A DNA stretch of 64,000 nt, from contig JAGYNB010000002.1 in assembly GCA_018400015.1 (NCBI GenBank), forward strand, positions 116,555 through 180,554, written 5' to 3'. The notes below the pieces were generated by a model. It was not told where the DNA came from. It did not search any database and was given only the letters and a program-made list of their open reading frames with translations. This stretch comes from Candidatus Omnitrophota bacterium. Its GTDB lineage: Bacteria; Omnitrophota; Gorgyraeia; Gygaellales; Gygaellaceae. Position 1 is the first letter of the stretch. The number at the start of each line of letters is the position of its first letter. Below are positions 25,938 through 35,468 of this stretch, piece after piece. Made by a program: the position numbers and the translations under genes.

Positions 25938-28105
25938 TGAAGAAGAAGTACCTTGATGAGATCAAGGCAGTAATTATTTTTTCTTTGGGTTTGTTTTTAT
26001 TGATTAGTCTCACTTCTTACAATCCTCTCGATTTATCATTTAATACATCAACTCCAAATAAACCTGCAGAAAATCTTTGCGGTTTAGTTGGCGCATGGAT
26101 AGGTTTAAGCCTGTTTTTTTTATTAGGCTGGGCTGCTTTTATTGTTCCAATAATAGTTTTTATCTGGGCGGTGAAAAAGTTTAAGGGTGACGAGACGAAT
26201 CTTTACGGATTGCGTATTTTTGGTCTTGTCGGAGTGTTCCTTACATTTAGCGCTATATTAAGTATTACCGGTCCGGCTGCAGATGTTTTGCGTTTTAAGC
26301 GAGGCGGGTTCTTAGGGGTTATTGTCGGAGATTTCTTACTTAAGTATTTTAAGATTACCGGCAGTTACGTAGTGCTTATTACGTTAGGCGTTTTGTTTTT
26401 TGTTCTTTTTGCTGAATTTATGGTTTCAAATCTCTTAATTAAAATTTTGAATTTTATAAAAAATATATTTTCTAATTTTAATCTGCCTGAAATTTTCAAG
26501 AGAATAAAGGTTAAGAGACCATCTTTACCAAAGAAAGAAAAACCAATTCTCAAGAAATCGATTATAGAAGAAAAGCCTGTTAAGCAAAAAGAAGAGGCTT
26601 TTAAAAGAGATGTTCATCCGCAGATTAAGGTAAAGACCGAATCGGATATAAAAAAAGAACCGCTTCGTGAAGCAGTCAGGCCTATAATGATCGGTGATTA
26701 TAAACTTCCTTCAATAGATCTTTTGGAGGATGCGCCCAGTCTTAGTTCGCGTCAGATTAAGGAAGATTTGACCACTAGCGCTAAAATATTAGAGGAAACC
26801 CTTGAGGATTTTGGAATTATTGCTAAGGTAACCAATATTGAAAAAGGTCCGGTAATAACTCGTTATGAACTTGAGCCTGCTCCAGGGGTAAAGGTTCAAA
26901 AAATTACCAGTTTATCTGATGATATTGCTTTGACAATGAAGGCTCAATCTGTAAGGATTGTTGCTCCTATTCCAGGAAAAGGAAGAGTGGGGGTTGAGGT
27001 GCCTAATAGTCAATCTGCGCTGGTTTATTTAAAAGATGTATTAAACAGTAAGGTTTTTTTTGGTTCATCTTCAAAGCTTGCGCTTGCTTTGGGAAAAGAT
27101 ATTACCGGTGCACCTGTTGTAGCCGCTTTAGATGATATGCCGCATTTGTTGATTGCCGGCACTACCGGTTCAGGTAAAACTGTATGTGTAAATTCTTTAA
27201 TTATGTCATTATTATATAAGTTAAGTCCTAACGAATTAAAGTTTATTATGATTGATCCTAAGATGGTAGAGCTTGCTTGTTATAACGGTTTGGCACATCT
27301 ATTATGTCCGGTAATAACCGATACAAAGAAAGTTTCCGCTGCTTTGAATTGGCTGGTTTCAGAAATGGAAAATCGTTATAACTTGTTGGCTAATGCCGGT
27401 GCAAGAAATATCGACGCCTACAATAAAAAAGGCGAGAATATGCCTTATATAGTGGTTATTATTGACGAGTTGGCAGATCTTATGATGGCGGCTGCTAATC
27501 AAATAGAGGCAGCTATTACTCGCTTAGCGCAGTTATCTAGAGCAGTAGGAATACATTTGATTTTAGCTACGCAGCGTCCGTCGGTTGATGTTATAACAGG
27601 TGTTATCAAGGCTAATTTTCCGGCAAGGGTATCATTTAAGGTTGCTTCAAAAGTCGATTCGCGCACTGTTTTAGATGCAAATGGTGCGGATAAATTATTA
27701 GGTAGAGGAGATATGTTATTTTTAAAGCCTGGCGATGCAAAATTGACCCGCGCCCAGGCGAGTTACGTTCAGGATAAAGAAATAGAACGCGTTACTGATT
27801 TTATCCGTGAGCAGGTAAAACCTGCTTATCAAGAAGATATTTTTAATGGCGCTAGTACAAAGTCTTCTTTTAATAACGCGGAGAAAGATGAGATTTTTGA
27901 CGAAGCGGTGAGAACGGTAATGGAAAGCAATCAGGCTTCAGTTTCTATTTTGCAAAGGCGTTTACGTTTAGGATATACAAGGGCAGCCAGGCTTATAGAC
28001 AGTATGGAAGCCGAAGGATTGGTAGGCCCATATGAAGGTAGTAAACCCCGTAAGATTTTGGTAGACAGAGAAGAATGGCTTGTAAAATATAAACAGAATA
28101 CTTAA
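25937..28105 (+). CDS. ftsK: DNA translocase FtsK
   Basis: 722 aa. N-terminal 4-TM domain, linker, Walker A ...LLIAGTTGSGKTV..., ...VVIIDELADLM..., and a C-terminal gamma winged-helix (...ILQRRLRLGYTRAARLID.ME..G). Confidence 0.9.
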   Translation: MKKKYLDEIKAVIIFSLGLFLLISLTSYNPLDLSFNTSTPNKPAENLCGLVGAWIGLSLFFLLGWAAFIVPIIVFIWAVKKFKGDETNLYGLRIFGLVGVFLTFSAILSITGPAADVLRFKRGGFLGVIVGDFLLKYFKITGSYVVLITLGVLFFVLFAEFMVSNLLIKILNFIKNIFSNFNLPEIFKRIKVKRPSLPKKEKPILKKSIIEEKPVKQKEEAFKRDVHPQIKVKTESDIKKEPLREAVRPIMIGDYKLPSIDLLEDAPSLSSRQIKEDLTTSAKILEETLEDFGIIAKVTNIEKGPVITRYELEPAPGVKVQKITSLSDDIALTMKAQSVRIVAPIPGKGRVGVEVPNSQSALVYLKDVLNSKVFFGSSSKLALALGKDITGAPVVAALDDMPHLLIAGTTGSGKTVCVNSLIMSLLYKLSPNELKFIMIDPKMVELACYNGLAHLLCPVITDTKKVSAALNWLVSEMENRYNLLANAGARNIDAYNKKGENMPYIVVIIDELADLMMAAANQIEAAITRLAQLSRAVGIHLILATQRPSVDVITGVIKANFPARVSFKVASKVDSRTVLDANGADKLLGRGDMLFLKPGDAKLTRAQASYVQDKEIERVTDFIREQVKPAYQEDIFNGASTKSSFNNAEKDEIFDEAVRTVMESNQASVSILQRRLRLGYTRAARLIDSMEAEGLVGPYEGSKPRKILVDREEWLVKYKQNT

Positions 28106-28118
28106 AAGGTAAAATTCA

Positions 28119-28916
28119 ATGGCGGTAGGAAAACTTTTAAAAAAGCTTAGAGAAGAAAAAGGCGTTGATCTGGAACAGATCCATAAGAAAACCAAACTGC
28201 ATTATAACATTATTAATGCGTTAGAAGATGACCGGCTGCAGAATATAAATGCTACTTATGTAAAAGGTTTTATTAAAATATACTGCCGCGCTTTAGAAAT
28301 TGACGATAAAGAATATATCAAGGCGTATCAGCAGAGTCTTTCTAGGGCTTCCCAGAAAGATAAAGAAAAAGACAAAGAAAAAGCAGTTTTAAACCAGAAA
28401 CCTGTAGACAAGGTGAGGTTTTATTTCAAGAAGCCGTTTAGTCTTAAAAGATTCATAGTAAAATTATCTATTCTGGCTACGGTCATATTGTGTTTTTGGT
28501 TAGTAGTTTCTTTTATTTCTTTTTTAGGGCGTAAGATATTTTCTTCACGTTCCAAACCTAAAACAAAGACCGAAGCAGTTAAAGAAAAAGTTAATGTTTC
28601 TTTGCCTGTAAAAAAAGTCGATTCATCTAAACAGAGCTCTTCTTATTCTCAGTATCCGGTTAATATAACTCTTGACGTTAAGGGAAAAATCTGGGTTTCT
28701 GTAAAAGTTGATGGTAAGACAGTAAAACACGGTGCATTATCAAAAGGTGCTTCCGAAACATGGCGTGCTAAAAAAGAGATACTTTTAACAGTTAATAATG
28801 CCGGTTATGTGGATTTAGAGTTTAACGGCCAGAAATTTTCCCCTTTGGGCAAGAAAGGCCAAGCATATAAAAACGTTCAGATAACGCCTTCTGGCATATC
28901 CATTCCCAATCAATAA
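28119..28916 (+). CDS. rodZ: RodZ-like cytoskeleton protein (N-terminal HTH, TM segment, C-terminal DUF4115-like domain)
   Basis: 265 aa. XRE-type HTH (...LRE.KG..LE.I...T......I..LE.D...), a single TM (...LSILATVILCFWLVVSFI...) and a C-terminal beta-rich domain. Confidence 0.55.
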   Translation: MAVGKLLKKLREEKGVDLEQIHKKTKLHYNIINALEDDRLQNINATYVKGFIKIYCRALEIDDKEYIKAYQQSLSRASQKDKEKDKEKAVLNQKPVDKVRFYFKKPFSLKRFIVKLSILATVILCFWLVVSFISFLGRKIFSSRSKPKTKTEAVKEKVNVSLPVKKVDSSKQSSSYSQYPVNITLDVKGKIWVSVKVDGKTVKHGALSKGASETWRAKKEILLTVNNAGYVDLEFNGQKFSPLGKKGQAYKNVQITPSGISIPNQ

Positions 28917-28923
28917 ATTTTGA

Positions 28924-30171
28924 ATGTCCAAGCAGTTTAATTTAATAAGTTTGGGTTGTCCAAGAAACCTCGCCGATTCCGAGCTTATTATTTCCCGATT
29001 AGTTAATAAAGGTTTTGTATTTTCAAACAATGACTCTTCGCGTATTGTTTTTGTCAATACTTGCGGTTTTATTGATCAGGCAAAAAAAGAATCAATAGAA
29101 GCGATTTTAGACCTTTTGGAGCTTAAAAAAAGTAAAAAGATCGATAAATTGATTGTTTTTGGTTGTTTGGTACAGAGATATGCTAGGGAATTAATCGGCG
29201 CTTTAAAAGGGGTAGATGCATTCATGGGGGTTTTATCTTTAGACGAAAAAAGAGTTTCAACAAGATGTTTTCTTACTCCTTCTCATTATGGGTATGTTAA
29301 AATCTGCGAAGGTTGTAATAATAATTGCAGTTATTGCGCGATTCCAAAGATTAAAGGCAGATTAAAAAGCCGCAAAAAAGAATCAATTGTAAGTCAAGTT
29401 AGGGCCCTTAATAGGACAGGTTTGAAAGAACTAATTCTTATTGGTCAGGACACAACTTCTTACGGGGTAGATTTTAAGAAAGATTATAATTTAGCAAGCT
29501 TATTAAGAGAAATTTATAGGGCAGGGAAGAATATTTCTTGGATTAGGCTTTTGTATCTTCATCCCGAATACATAAACAATTCATTGATTGAAGAGATAGC
29601 AAATAATCCAAAAGTTTGCAAATATATTGATTTGCCCATCCAGCACATTAATGATAGAATATTGAGAAAAATGAATAGACCTAATAATAGATTGGGGATA
29701 GAAAAGCTTATTGGCAAGATCCGTAGAAGAATTAAAAATGTTGCTATCAGAACTTCATTGATAGTAGGTTTTCCTGGAGAATCAAAAAGTGAGTTTAAGG
29801 AACTTCTTGCATTTGTGCGCGATATGAAATTTGAAAAATTAGGTGTATTTATTTATTCCAGAGAGGAAAATACCTTGGCTTACGCGATAAAACCGCAGGT
29901 TGAGGCGCGTATCAAGAAAGAACGTTTTGCAAAAATTATGCAGCTACAGCAGGGAATTTCCGCAGAACTTAATAAAGAGTTTGTCAGTAAGAACGTAAAG
30001 GTTTTAATTGATGAAATAGGCAGCTCTTATTTTTTAGCAAGAACGCAGTATGATGCCCCTGATATCGACGGTAACGTTTTTATAAAAACCAATAAGAAAC
30101 TTCAAACTGGAGATTTTGTAAGTTGTAAGATTGTAGATTCATACGAATACGATTTGTTAGGAGAATATTAA
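28924..30171 (+). CDS. rimO: ribosomal protein S12 methylthiotransferase RimO (radical-SAM MTTase; a MiaB-like alternative is not excluded)
   Basis: 415 aa. N-terminal MTTase (...FNLISLGCPRNLADSE...), radical-SAM CEGCNNNCSYCAIP, and a C-terminal TRAM domain. Confidence 0.65.
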   Translation: MSKQFNLISLGCPRNLADSELIISRLVNKGFVFSNNDSSRIVFVNTCGFIDQAKKESIEAILDLLELKKSKKIDKLIVFGCLVQRYARELIGALKGVDAFMGVLSLDEKRVSTRCFLTPSHYGYVKICEGCNNNCSYCAIPKIKGRLKSRKKESIVSQVRALNRTGLKELILIGQDTTSYGVDFKKDYNLASLLREIYRAGKNISWIRLLYLHPEYINNSLIEEIANNPKVCKYIDLPIQHINDRILRKMNRPNNRLGIEKLIGKIRRRIKNVAIRTSLIVGFPGESKSEFKELLAFVRDMKFEKLGVFIYSREENTLAYAIKPQVEARIKKERFAKIMQLQQGISAELNKEFVSKNVKVLIDEIGSSYFLARTQYDAPDIDGNVFIKTNKKLQTGDFVSCKIVDSYEYDLLGEY

Positions 30172-30749
30172 TGAATCTTGCCAATAAAATTACTGTTTCC
30201 AGGGTATTGTTGACTTTTGTTTTTATGTACTTTTTATTTTTGGAAGGTTTAATTTTTAAGATTGTTGCTTTTTTTGTTTTTTCGTTTGCCGCATTGAGTG
30301 ATCTGCTTGACGGTTGGATTGCAAAAACAAGAAACCAAGCCAGCGATTTCGGTAAAATAATGGATCCGATAGCAGATAAAGTGCTGACACTTTCAGCTTT
30401 TTTAAGTTTTGTGCAATTGCAGCTTATTCCTGCCTGGATGGTCGTGATTATTATTTTTAGGGAGTTTATTATTACAAGTTTAAGGCTTTTTGCTTTAAGT
30501 AAAGGTAAAGTCTTGTCAGCTGCCAGATCCGGTAAACACAAGACAGTATCCCAAATGGTGAGCATATTTTTGATTTTAGGTTTTATTATACTTAAAGATA
30601 TGTTCAAGGATACCAGTTTCTGGAACGGGTTAGGTGAAAATCTTTATTTTATTTCTGTCTATGTCGTTATGTTTATTACAGTTATTTTGACTTTGATTTC
30701 AGGTATCTCTTATCTTTGGAATAATAGAAATATTATAATACGATTATGA
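30171..30749 (+). CDS. pgsA: CDP-diacylglycerol--glycerol-3-phosphate 3-phosphatidyltransferase
   Basis: 192 aa. CDP-alcohol phosphatidyltransferase motif ...DLLDGWIAK......G...DPIADK.... Confidence 0.85.
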   Translation: MNLANKITVSRVLLTFVFMYFLFLEGLIFKIVAFFVFSFAALSDLLDGWIAKTRNQASDFGKIMDPIADKVLTLSAFLSFVQLQLIPAWMVVIIIFREFIITSLRLFALSKGKVLSAARSGKHKTVSQMVSIFLILGFIILKDMFKDTSFWNGLGENLYFISVYVVMFITVILTLISGISYLWNNRNIIIRL

Positions 30750-31195
30750 TAAATTATTTGATAAAATTGATAACTACTTTTTTTTATATCGGTTATATTC
30801 CTTATGTTTCCGGGACAATTGGCAGTCTTGCCGGAATAGCCGTTTACTATTTTATATATAATAGCTTTTTTGTTTATTTATCGGTTTTAATATTTTTTCT
30901 TATTTTGGGTTTTGCTTTAAGCGGTAAGGCAGAAAGAATCTTTGGGAAAAAAGACCCGCGTTTTGTAGTTATTGATGAAGTCTGTGGGATGCTTATTTGT
31001 CTATGGGGTTTAGAATTTGAACTGCGTACAATTGCGGTTAGCTTTATTTTATTCAGGATTTTTGATGTATTAAAACCGTTTCCTATTAAAAGATTTCAGG
31101 ATATAAAGGGAAGCTTTGGTATCATGTTTGATGATTTAGTTGCAAGTATCTATACGATAATCTGTGCTCAGATTGTTTTTAAGTTTATTTCGTAG
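30746..31195 (+). CDS. pgpA: phosphatidylglycerophosphatase A
   Basis: 149 aa. ...TFFYIGYIPYVSGTIGSLAG... and ...VIDEVCGM... are PgpA family features. It follows pgsA. Confidence 0.8.
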   Translation: MINYLIKLITTFFYIGYIPYVSGTIGSLAGIAVYYFIYNSFFVYLSVLIFFLILGFALSGKAERIFGKKDPRFVVIDEVCGMLICLWGLEFELRTIAVSFILFRIFDVLKPFPIKRFQDIKGSFGIMFDDLVASIYTIICAQIVFKFIS

Positions 31196-31719
31196 AGTTC
31201 TTCATAGACAGGACCACCTTTAGTGAGCGTGCTCTTTAAAAGAGTAATTTTATCTACGAACATTTCTTGATTGAATTCATTTATCGCAGCAACCGCACTT
31301 TTATTTAATTCATTTCTATTCTTAATTCTGGCAATTGTGATGTGCGCTTTAAAGGGCCGATTTTCATTGTCAAACCCAAATTTTGACAAAACTGAATTTA
31401 GTTTTTCAACTAGCGAGTTGATTTCTTTACTGTTTTTAATTCCTATCCATAATATCTTAGGCGAAGAGTTATTCGGAAAAAAACCTATTTTAGATAGTGT
31501 GATTTTAAACATGTGAAAATTCTCAGCAGTTAAAGATAATGCTCTTTTGATTGTTGGGGTTTGTTTATTGCTTATTTCACCAAGAAACTTTAAAGTTAAA
31601 TGGATGTTTTCGGGATGTACGAATTTTATGTTTGGGTTGGTTTTTTTTAATTTTTGTTGGATTTCTTTTATTGCGGAAGTTACTCGGTTTTCTAATTTAA
31701 TAGCAATAAAGCTTCGCAT
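31168..31719 (-). CDS. thpR: RNA 2',3'-cyclic phosphodiesterase / 2'-5' RNA ligase (2H family)
   Basis: 183 aa. Two H-x-T-x motifs (HLTLKFLGE and HITIARI). Its 3' end overlaps the pgpA 3' end by 28 nt (convergent). Confidence 0.8.
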   Translation of the reverse strand: MRSFIAIKLENRVTSAIKEIQQKLKKTNPNIKFVHPENIHLTLKFLGEISNKQTPTIKRALSLTAENFHMFKITLSKIGFFPNNSSPKILWIGIKNSKEINSLVEKLNSVLSKFGFDNENRPFKAHITIARIKNRNELNKSAVAAINEFNQEMFVDKITLLKSTLTKGGPVYEELYEINLKTI

Positions 31720-31723
31720 AGTT

Positions 31724-32197
31724 CTATTTTTTTAGATCTTCATATAAAAGTTCAAGTGCCTTAAGGCAACTTTGTTTTCTTATTGATTCTCTTGCGCCAT
31801 TAAAAGAGAATTTATTGCACTGGAGTTTATAATTATTGGCCAAAGCGATATAAACAGTACCTAATTTTTTATTTTTTGTTGCACCGGTTGGCCCGGCAAT
31901 TCCGGTTATGGAAAGAGAAATATCAGTTTTTGCGATTTTTCTGATGTTTTTTGCCATAAGCAGGGCGGTCTGTTTTGAAACAGCTCCATATTTTTCGATT
32001 GTTGATTTGTTGATTTTTAGTAGTTTTGTTTTTGAGTTGTTGCTGTAGGTTACTAAGCCCAGAATAAAATAATGGGAACTTCCCGATAGGGAGGTCATAA
32101 TCGTGGCTAGCATTCCGCCAGTGCAGGATTCAGCCAAGGAGATGGTTTTGTTTTTGTTTATCAGTAAGTTATGGATTGTATTTATTTTAGTTTTCAT
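31724..32197 (-). CDS. pncC: CinA C-terminal-domain protein (nicotinamide-nucleotide amidohydrolase PncC-like)
   Basis: ~158 aa from the second in-frame ATG (the ORF-track start 32254 would overlap the rib promoter). ...ISLAESCTGGMLA... and ...GIAGPTGATKNK.LGTVYIA... match the CinA/PncC domain. Confidence 0.75.
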   Translation of the reverse strand: MKTKINTIHNLLINKNKTISLAESCTGGMLATIMTSLSGSSHYFILGLVTYSNNSKTKLLKINKSTIEKYGAVSKQTALLMAKNIRKIAKTDISLSITGIAGPTGATKNKKLGTVYIALANNYKLQCNKFSFNGARESIRKQSCLKALELLYEDLKK

Positions 32198-32247
32198 GCA
32201 TATAAATAAGTGTATTATTAAGTCAATTATATGTATTTTGACGCCTA

Positions 32248-32275
32248 TTGACAAGGTATAATTTTATGGTATACT
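32248..32275 (+). promoter_or_regulatory. sigma70 promoter with extended -10 driving the FMN riboswitch/rib operon (TTGACA-16-TGgTATACT)
   Basis: TTGACA at 32248-32253, TG at 32267-32268, TATACT at 32270-32275. The riboswitch P1 begins about 16 nt downstream. Confidence 0.55.
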
Positions 32276-32290
32276 TTTATCTAGATTTAA

Positions 32291-32440
32291 TCTTCAGGGC
32301 ATGGTGAAATTCCTGACCGGCGGTTGTAGCCCGCGAGTCTTATAAAAAGACAGATCTGGTTGATTCCAGAGCCGATGGTAAAGTCCAGATGAAAGAAGAT
32401 GAATTCTTTATGCCCGAAGATTGTCTTCGGGATTTTTTTT
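32291..32440 (+). ncRNA. FMN riboswitch (RFN element) with an intrinsic-terminator expression platform
   Basis: cuucAGGGCAUGGUGAAAUUCCUGACCGGCGGUuGUAgCCCGCGAG...GCCGAUGGUAAAGUCCAGAUGAAAGAAG matches the conserved RFN core (AGGGCAGGGUGAAAUUCCCGACCGGCGGUAGUAAAGCCCGCGAG ... GCCGAUGGUA...). P1 pairs tcttc (32291-32295) with gaaga (32395-32399). Terminator cccgaaga/tcttcggg at 32413-32431, then T8 at 32433-32440. Confidence 0.85.
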
Positions 32441-32454
32441 ACAAAATTAAAAAC

Positions 32455-33666
32455 ATGTTTAATTCTATAACAGAGATATTGGAAGATATAAAAAATGGCC
32501 GCATGGTTATTGTTGTCGATGATGAAGCCAGAGAAAACGAAGGTGATCTTGTTATGGCTTCTTCGTTTGCCGCAGCCGAGAGTATAAATTTTATGGCTAA
32601 ATATGGCCGTGGGCTTATTTGTATTTCTTTGGATGAAGATAGATTAAAACAGTTAGATATTGGGCCGATGGCCGAGATGAGCGATAAGAAAAAAGATAAG
32701 TTTTCCACAGCCTGGATGCTTTCTGTAGATTCTGCATCAGGAATCACTACAGGTATTTCTGCTTATGACCGAGCATATACAATAAAGGTGCTTATTGATT
32801 CAGATTCAAAACCCGAAGATTTGATTCGTCCAGGACATTTATTTCCTCTTTGTGCTAAGAAAGGCGGGGTATTGGTAAGGGCGGGTCATACCGAAGCTGC
32901 AATTGACCTGGCAAGACTCGCTGGGCTTTTTCCTTCAGGTGTAATTTGCGAGATAATGAATGAAGACGGTTCGATGAGCAGAACCGATGATTTAAAAAAC
33001 TTTGCTAAAAAACACGGCCTTAAGATTTGTAGTATAGCTGATCTTATAAAATACAGAAGAGAACAAGAGATACTTATTAAACGTGTTACAGAAACTATGC
33101 TTCCTACTTCTTTTGGAGATTTTAAATTGGTAGGGTATGAATCTTTGATAGATTCTCAGCATCATTTGGCTTTAATTATGGGGGATTTATCAAAAGTTGA
33201 TTTAGAAAAAGAATCTATTCTTGTAAGGGTGCATTCTGAGTGTTTAACCGGAGACGTATTCGCTTCCAAAAGATGCGATTGTGGAGAACAATTGCAGAAT
33301 TCCCTGCGTATGATTAAAGAAGAAGGCCGGGGTATAGTTTTATATATGAGACAGGAAGGACGCGGGATAGGCCTTGCGAATAAATTGATGGCATATCATT
33401 TGCAAGATAAAGGTTATGATACCGTGCAGGCCAATGAAGCATTGGGTTTTCCTGCTGATTTAAGAGACTATGGAATAGGAGCTCAAATTCTTGTTAATCT
33501 TGGAGTTAAGAAAATTAGACTTTTAACCAATAATCCGCGTAAGATAATTGGCTTAGAAGGCTATGGTTTAAAAGTTGAAGAAAGAATTCCCATAAAAGGA
33601 ACTATACATTCAAGCAATGAGTTTTATTTAAAGACAAAAAAAGAAAAATTAGGGCATCTTTTCTAA
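32455..33666 (+). CDS. ribBA: bifunctional 3,4-dihydroxy-2-butanone-4-phosphate synthase / GTP cyclohydrolase II
   Basis: ~403 aa from [33 protein letters not shown]... (canonical RibB N-terminus). The ORF-track start 32389 lies inside the riboswitch. The C-terminal half has the RibA ...CDCGEQL... zinc motif. Confidence 0.92.
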   Translation: MFNSITEILEDIKNGRMVIVVDDEARENEGDLVMASSFAAAESINFMAKYGRGLICISLDEDRLKQLDIGPMAEMSDKKKDKFSTAWMLSVDSASGITTGISAYDRAYTIKVLIDSDSKPEDLIRPGHLFPLCAKKGGVLVRAGHTEAAIDLARLAGLFPSGVICEIMNEDGSMSRTDDLKNFAKKHGLKICSIADLIKYRREQEILIKRVTETMLPTSFGDFKLVGYESLIDSQHHLALIMGDLSKVDLEKESILVRVHSECLTGDVFASKRCDCGEQLQNSLRMIKEEGRGIVLYMRQEGRGIGLANKLMAYHLQDKGYDTVQANEALGFPADLRDYGIGAQILVNLGVKKIRLLTNNPRKIIGLEGYGLKVEERIPIKGTIHSSNEFYLKTKKEKLGHLF

Positions 33667-33679
33667 AAAAGGAGGTCAT

Positions 33680-34147
33680 ATGAAAAGAGTTTTACAGGGT
33701 GATTTGATAGCTAAGGGTAAAAAGATCGCTATTGTTGTTTCTCGTTTTAATGATTTTATTACCCAGAAATTGCTCGACGGTTGCGTCGATACATTAACCA
33801 GGCACGGCATATCAGAAACTGACATTGAGGTTGCTTGGGTACCGGGTGCATTTGAGATTCCGCAGGTTGCTTCATTGATTGCAAAAAGTAAAAAGGCAGA
33901 TGCAGTTATCTGTTTAGGTGCTATAATAAGGGGAGCAACACCTCATTTTGACTATGTGGCAAGCGAAGCAGCAAAAGGGATTTCCAAGATAGCTTTAGAT
34001 TCTGCAATACCAGTTACTTTCGGAGTTGTTACAGCTGATAATCTGGAACAGGCCATAGAACGCTGCGGGACAAAAGAAGGTAATAAAGGCAAAGATGCGG
34101 CAGTTAATGCAATCGAAATGATAAATTTGCTTAAAAAGATAAGATAA
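33680..34147 (+). CDS. ribH: 6,7-dimethyl-8-ribityllumazine synthase
   Basis: 155 aa. ...[17 protein letters not shown]....L..HG........V.VPGAFE.P.... Confidence 0.92.
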   Translation: MKRVLQGDLIAKGKKIAIVVSRFNDFITQKLLDGCVDTLTRHGISETDIEVAWVPGAFEIPQVASLIAKSKKADAVICLGAIIRGATPHFDYVASEAAKGISKIALDSAIPVTFGVVTADNLEQAIERCGTKEGNKGKDAAVNAIEMINLLKKIR

Positions 34148-34170
34148 TTTATAGAAATTGAATTTATTCA

Positions 34171-34608
34171 ATGAGAAAACGCACTCTTTCTAGAGAAAAC
34201 GCCCTGAAGATTCTTTATCAGATGGACGTAGTTTATAAAGAAGAACAGGATATCGATCAAATTGTTAATAATTTTTTCGATGAGCAGGATATTATCGATA
34301 AAAGAATTAAGGATTTTGCCTATAAGTTAGTAATGGGTGTTAAAGATAATCTTGCATTGATCGATAAGAAGATTAGCGATTATGCCGCGAATTGGGAGCT
34401 TGACAGGATGGCTGTGATCGATAAAAATATCTTACGGATTGGTTGTTTTGAGTTGATGTTCTTAGACGATATCCCAATTAAAGTTGCTATAAACGAAGCT
34501 GTTGAAATAGCAAAGAAATATTCTGGGGCAGAATCTAGCAAGTTCGTTAACGGGATTCTCGACAGGATAAAATCAGAGCGTTTAAATTCAAAAACCACCG
34601 CTTCATAA
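34171..34608 (+). CDS. nusB: transcription antitermination factor NusB
   Basis: 145 aa. ...RE.ALKILYQ.D......., ...DR....D..ILRIG..EL..... Canonical ribH-nusB adjacency. Confidence 0.88.
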   Translation: MRKRTLSRENALKILYQMDVVYKEEQDIDQIVNNFFDEQDIIDKRIKDFAYKLVMGVKDNLALIDKKISDYAANWELDRMAVIDKNILRIGCFELMFLDDIPIKVAINEAVEIAKKYSGAESSKFVNGILDRIKSERLNSKTTAS

Positions 34609-34624
34609 TTTCTCGTTATTATTT

Positions 34625-35455
34625 ATGAAATACGCAGACTTGCATCTGCATACTTATTTTTCAGACGGCACATATAGTGTCGAAGAGCTCTTGGAACAAG
34701 CGCTTAAGAACGATCTTTCCTGTATTGCCATAACCGACCACGATACGATAGACGGATACAGTTATTTCAAGAAAAACTTATCTAAATTTCCTTTGGAGGT
34801 AATTTGTGGAATTGAGCTTACCTGCGATATGAACGGAAAAGAGGTTCATATTTTAGGTTATTTTATTGACGATAAAAACATTATTTTAACCAAAACTCTC
34901 GATAAAATTAAAAAGGATCGTAAAAAACGTATTCATGAAATGGTCTTTAAACTAAAAAGTTTAGGCGTTGGTCTTGATTCTAAAGATGTGTTTGACCTGG
35001 CGGAAAAAGGAGTTGTAGGAAGATTACATCTTGCCAGAGTTATGGTAGAGAAAGGTTATTGTAGCTCGACAAAAGAAGCTTTTTTTAAATATATAGGAGA
35101 TGAATCTCCGGCATATGTGAATAGGTTCTTATTAACGCCCGAGAAAGCTGTTGAATTGATTACGCAGGCAAAAGGAATTCCTGTGTTAGCGCATCCTTAT
35201 ATGTTGCATAAGAATGGATCTGTGGGTGCGCTTATTGACGCCGGTATCAAAGGGATAGAAGTTTATTATCCTGAGCATAGTAAAAAGCAGATAAAAGAAT
35301 TTCTGGATATTGCTAAGAAGAATAATTTGTTGGTTACTGGCGGTTCGGATTGCCATGGTCATGCTAAATCGTCAAAGGTAATCGGCAGGATAAAGCTTCC
35401 TTATTCTTCAGTGGAAGCGCTTAAAAAAGTCAGACAAAATGCCAGCAAAGAATAA
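34625..35455 (+). CDS. PHP-domain phosphoesterase of the TrpH/YciV (RNase AM-like) family
   Basis: 276 aa. ...DLHLHTYFSDGT....L.......L...AITDHDT..G..., ...GIPVLAHP... and ...GGSDCHG... align with E. coli YciV/TrpH PHP motifs. It lies between nusB and ribD. Confidence 0.7.
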   Translation: MKYADLHLHTYFSDGTYSVEELLEQALKNDLSCIAITDHDTIDGYSYFKKNLSKFPLEVICGIELTCDMNGKEVHILGYFIDDKNIILTKTLDKIKKDRKKRIHEMVFKLKSLGVGLDSKDVFDLAEKGVVGRLHLARVMVEKGYCSSTKEAFFKYIGDESPAYVNRFLLTPEKAVELITQAKGIPVLAHPYMLHKNGSVGALIDAGIKGIEVYYPEHSKKQIKEFLDIAKKNNLLVTGGSDCHGHAKSSKVIGRIKLPYSSVEALKKVRQNASKE

Positions 35456-35468
35456 AGATAAAAAATAT

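Noticed and set aside
32389-32454. N-terminal extension of the ribBA ORF ([22 protein letters not shown])
   Set aside because: This stretch is the 3' half of the FMN riboswitch plus its terminator hairpin. The canonical RibB N-terminus begins at the ATG at 32455.
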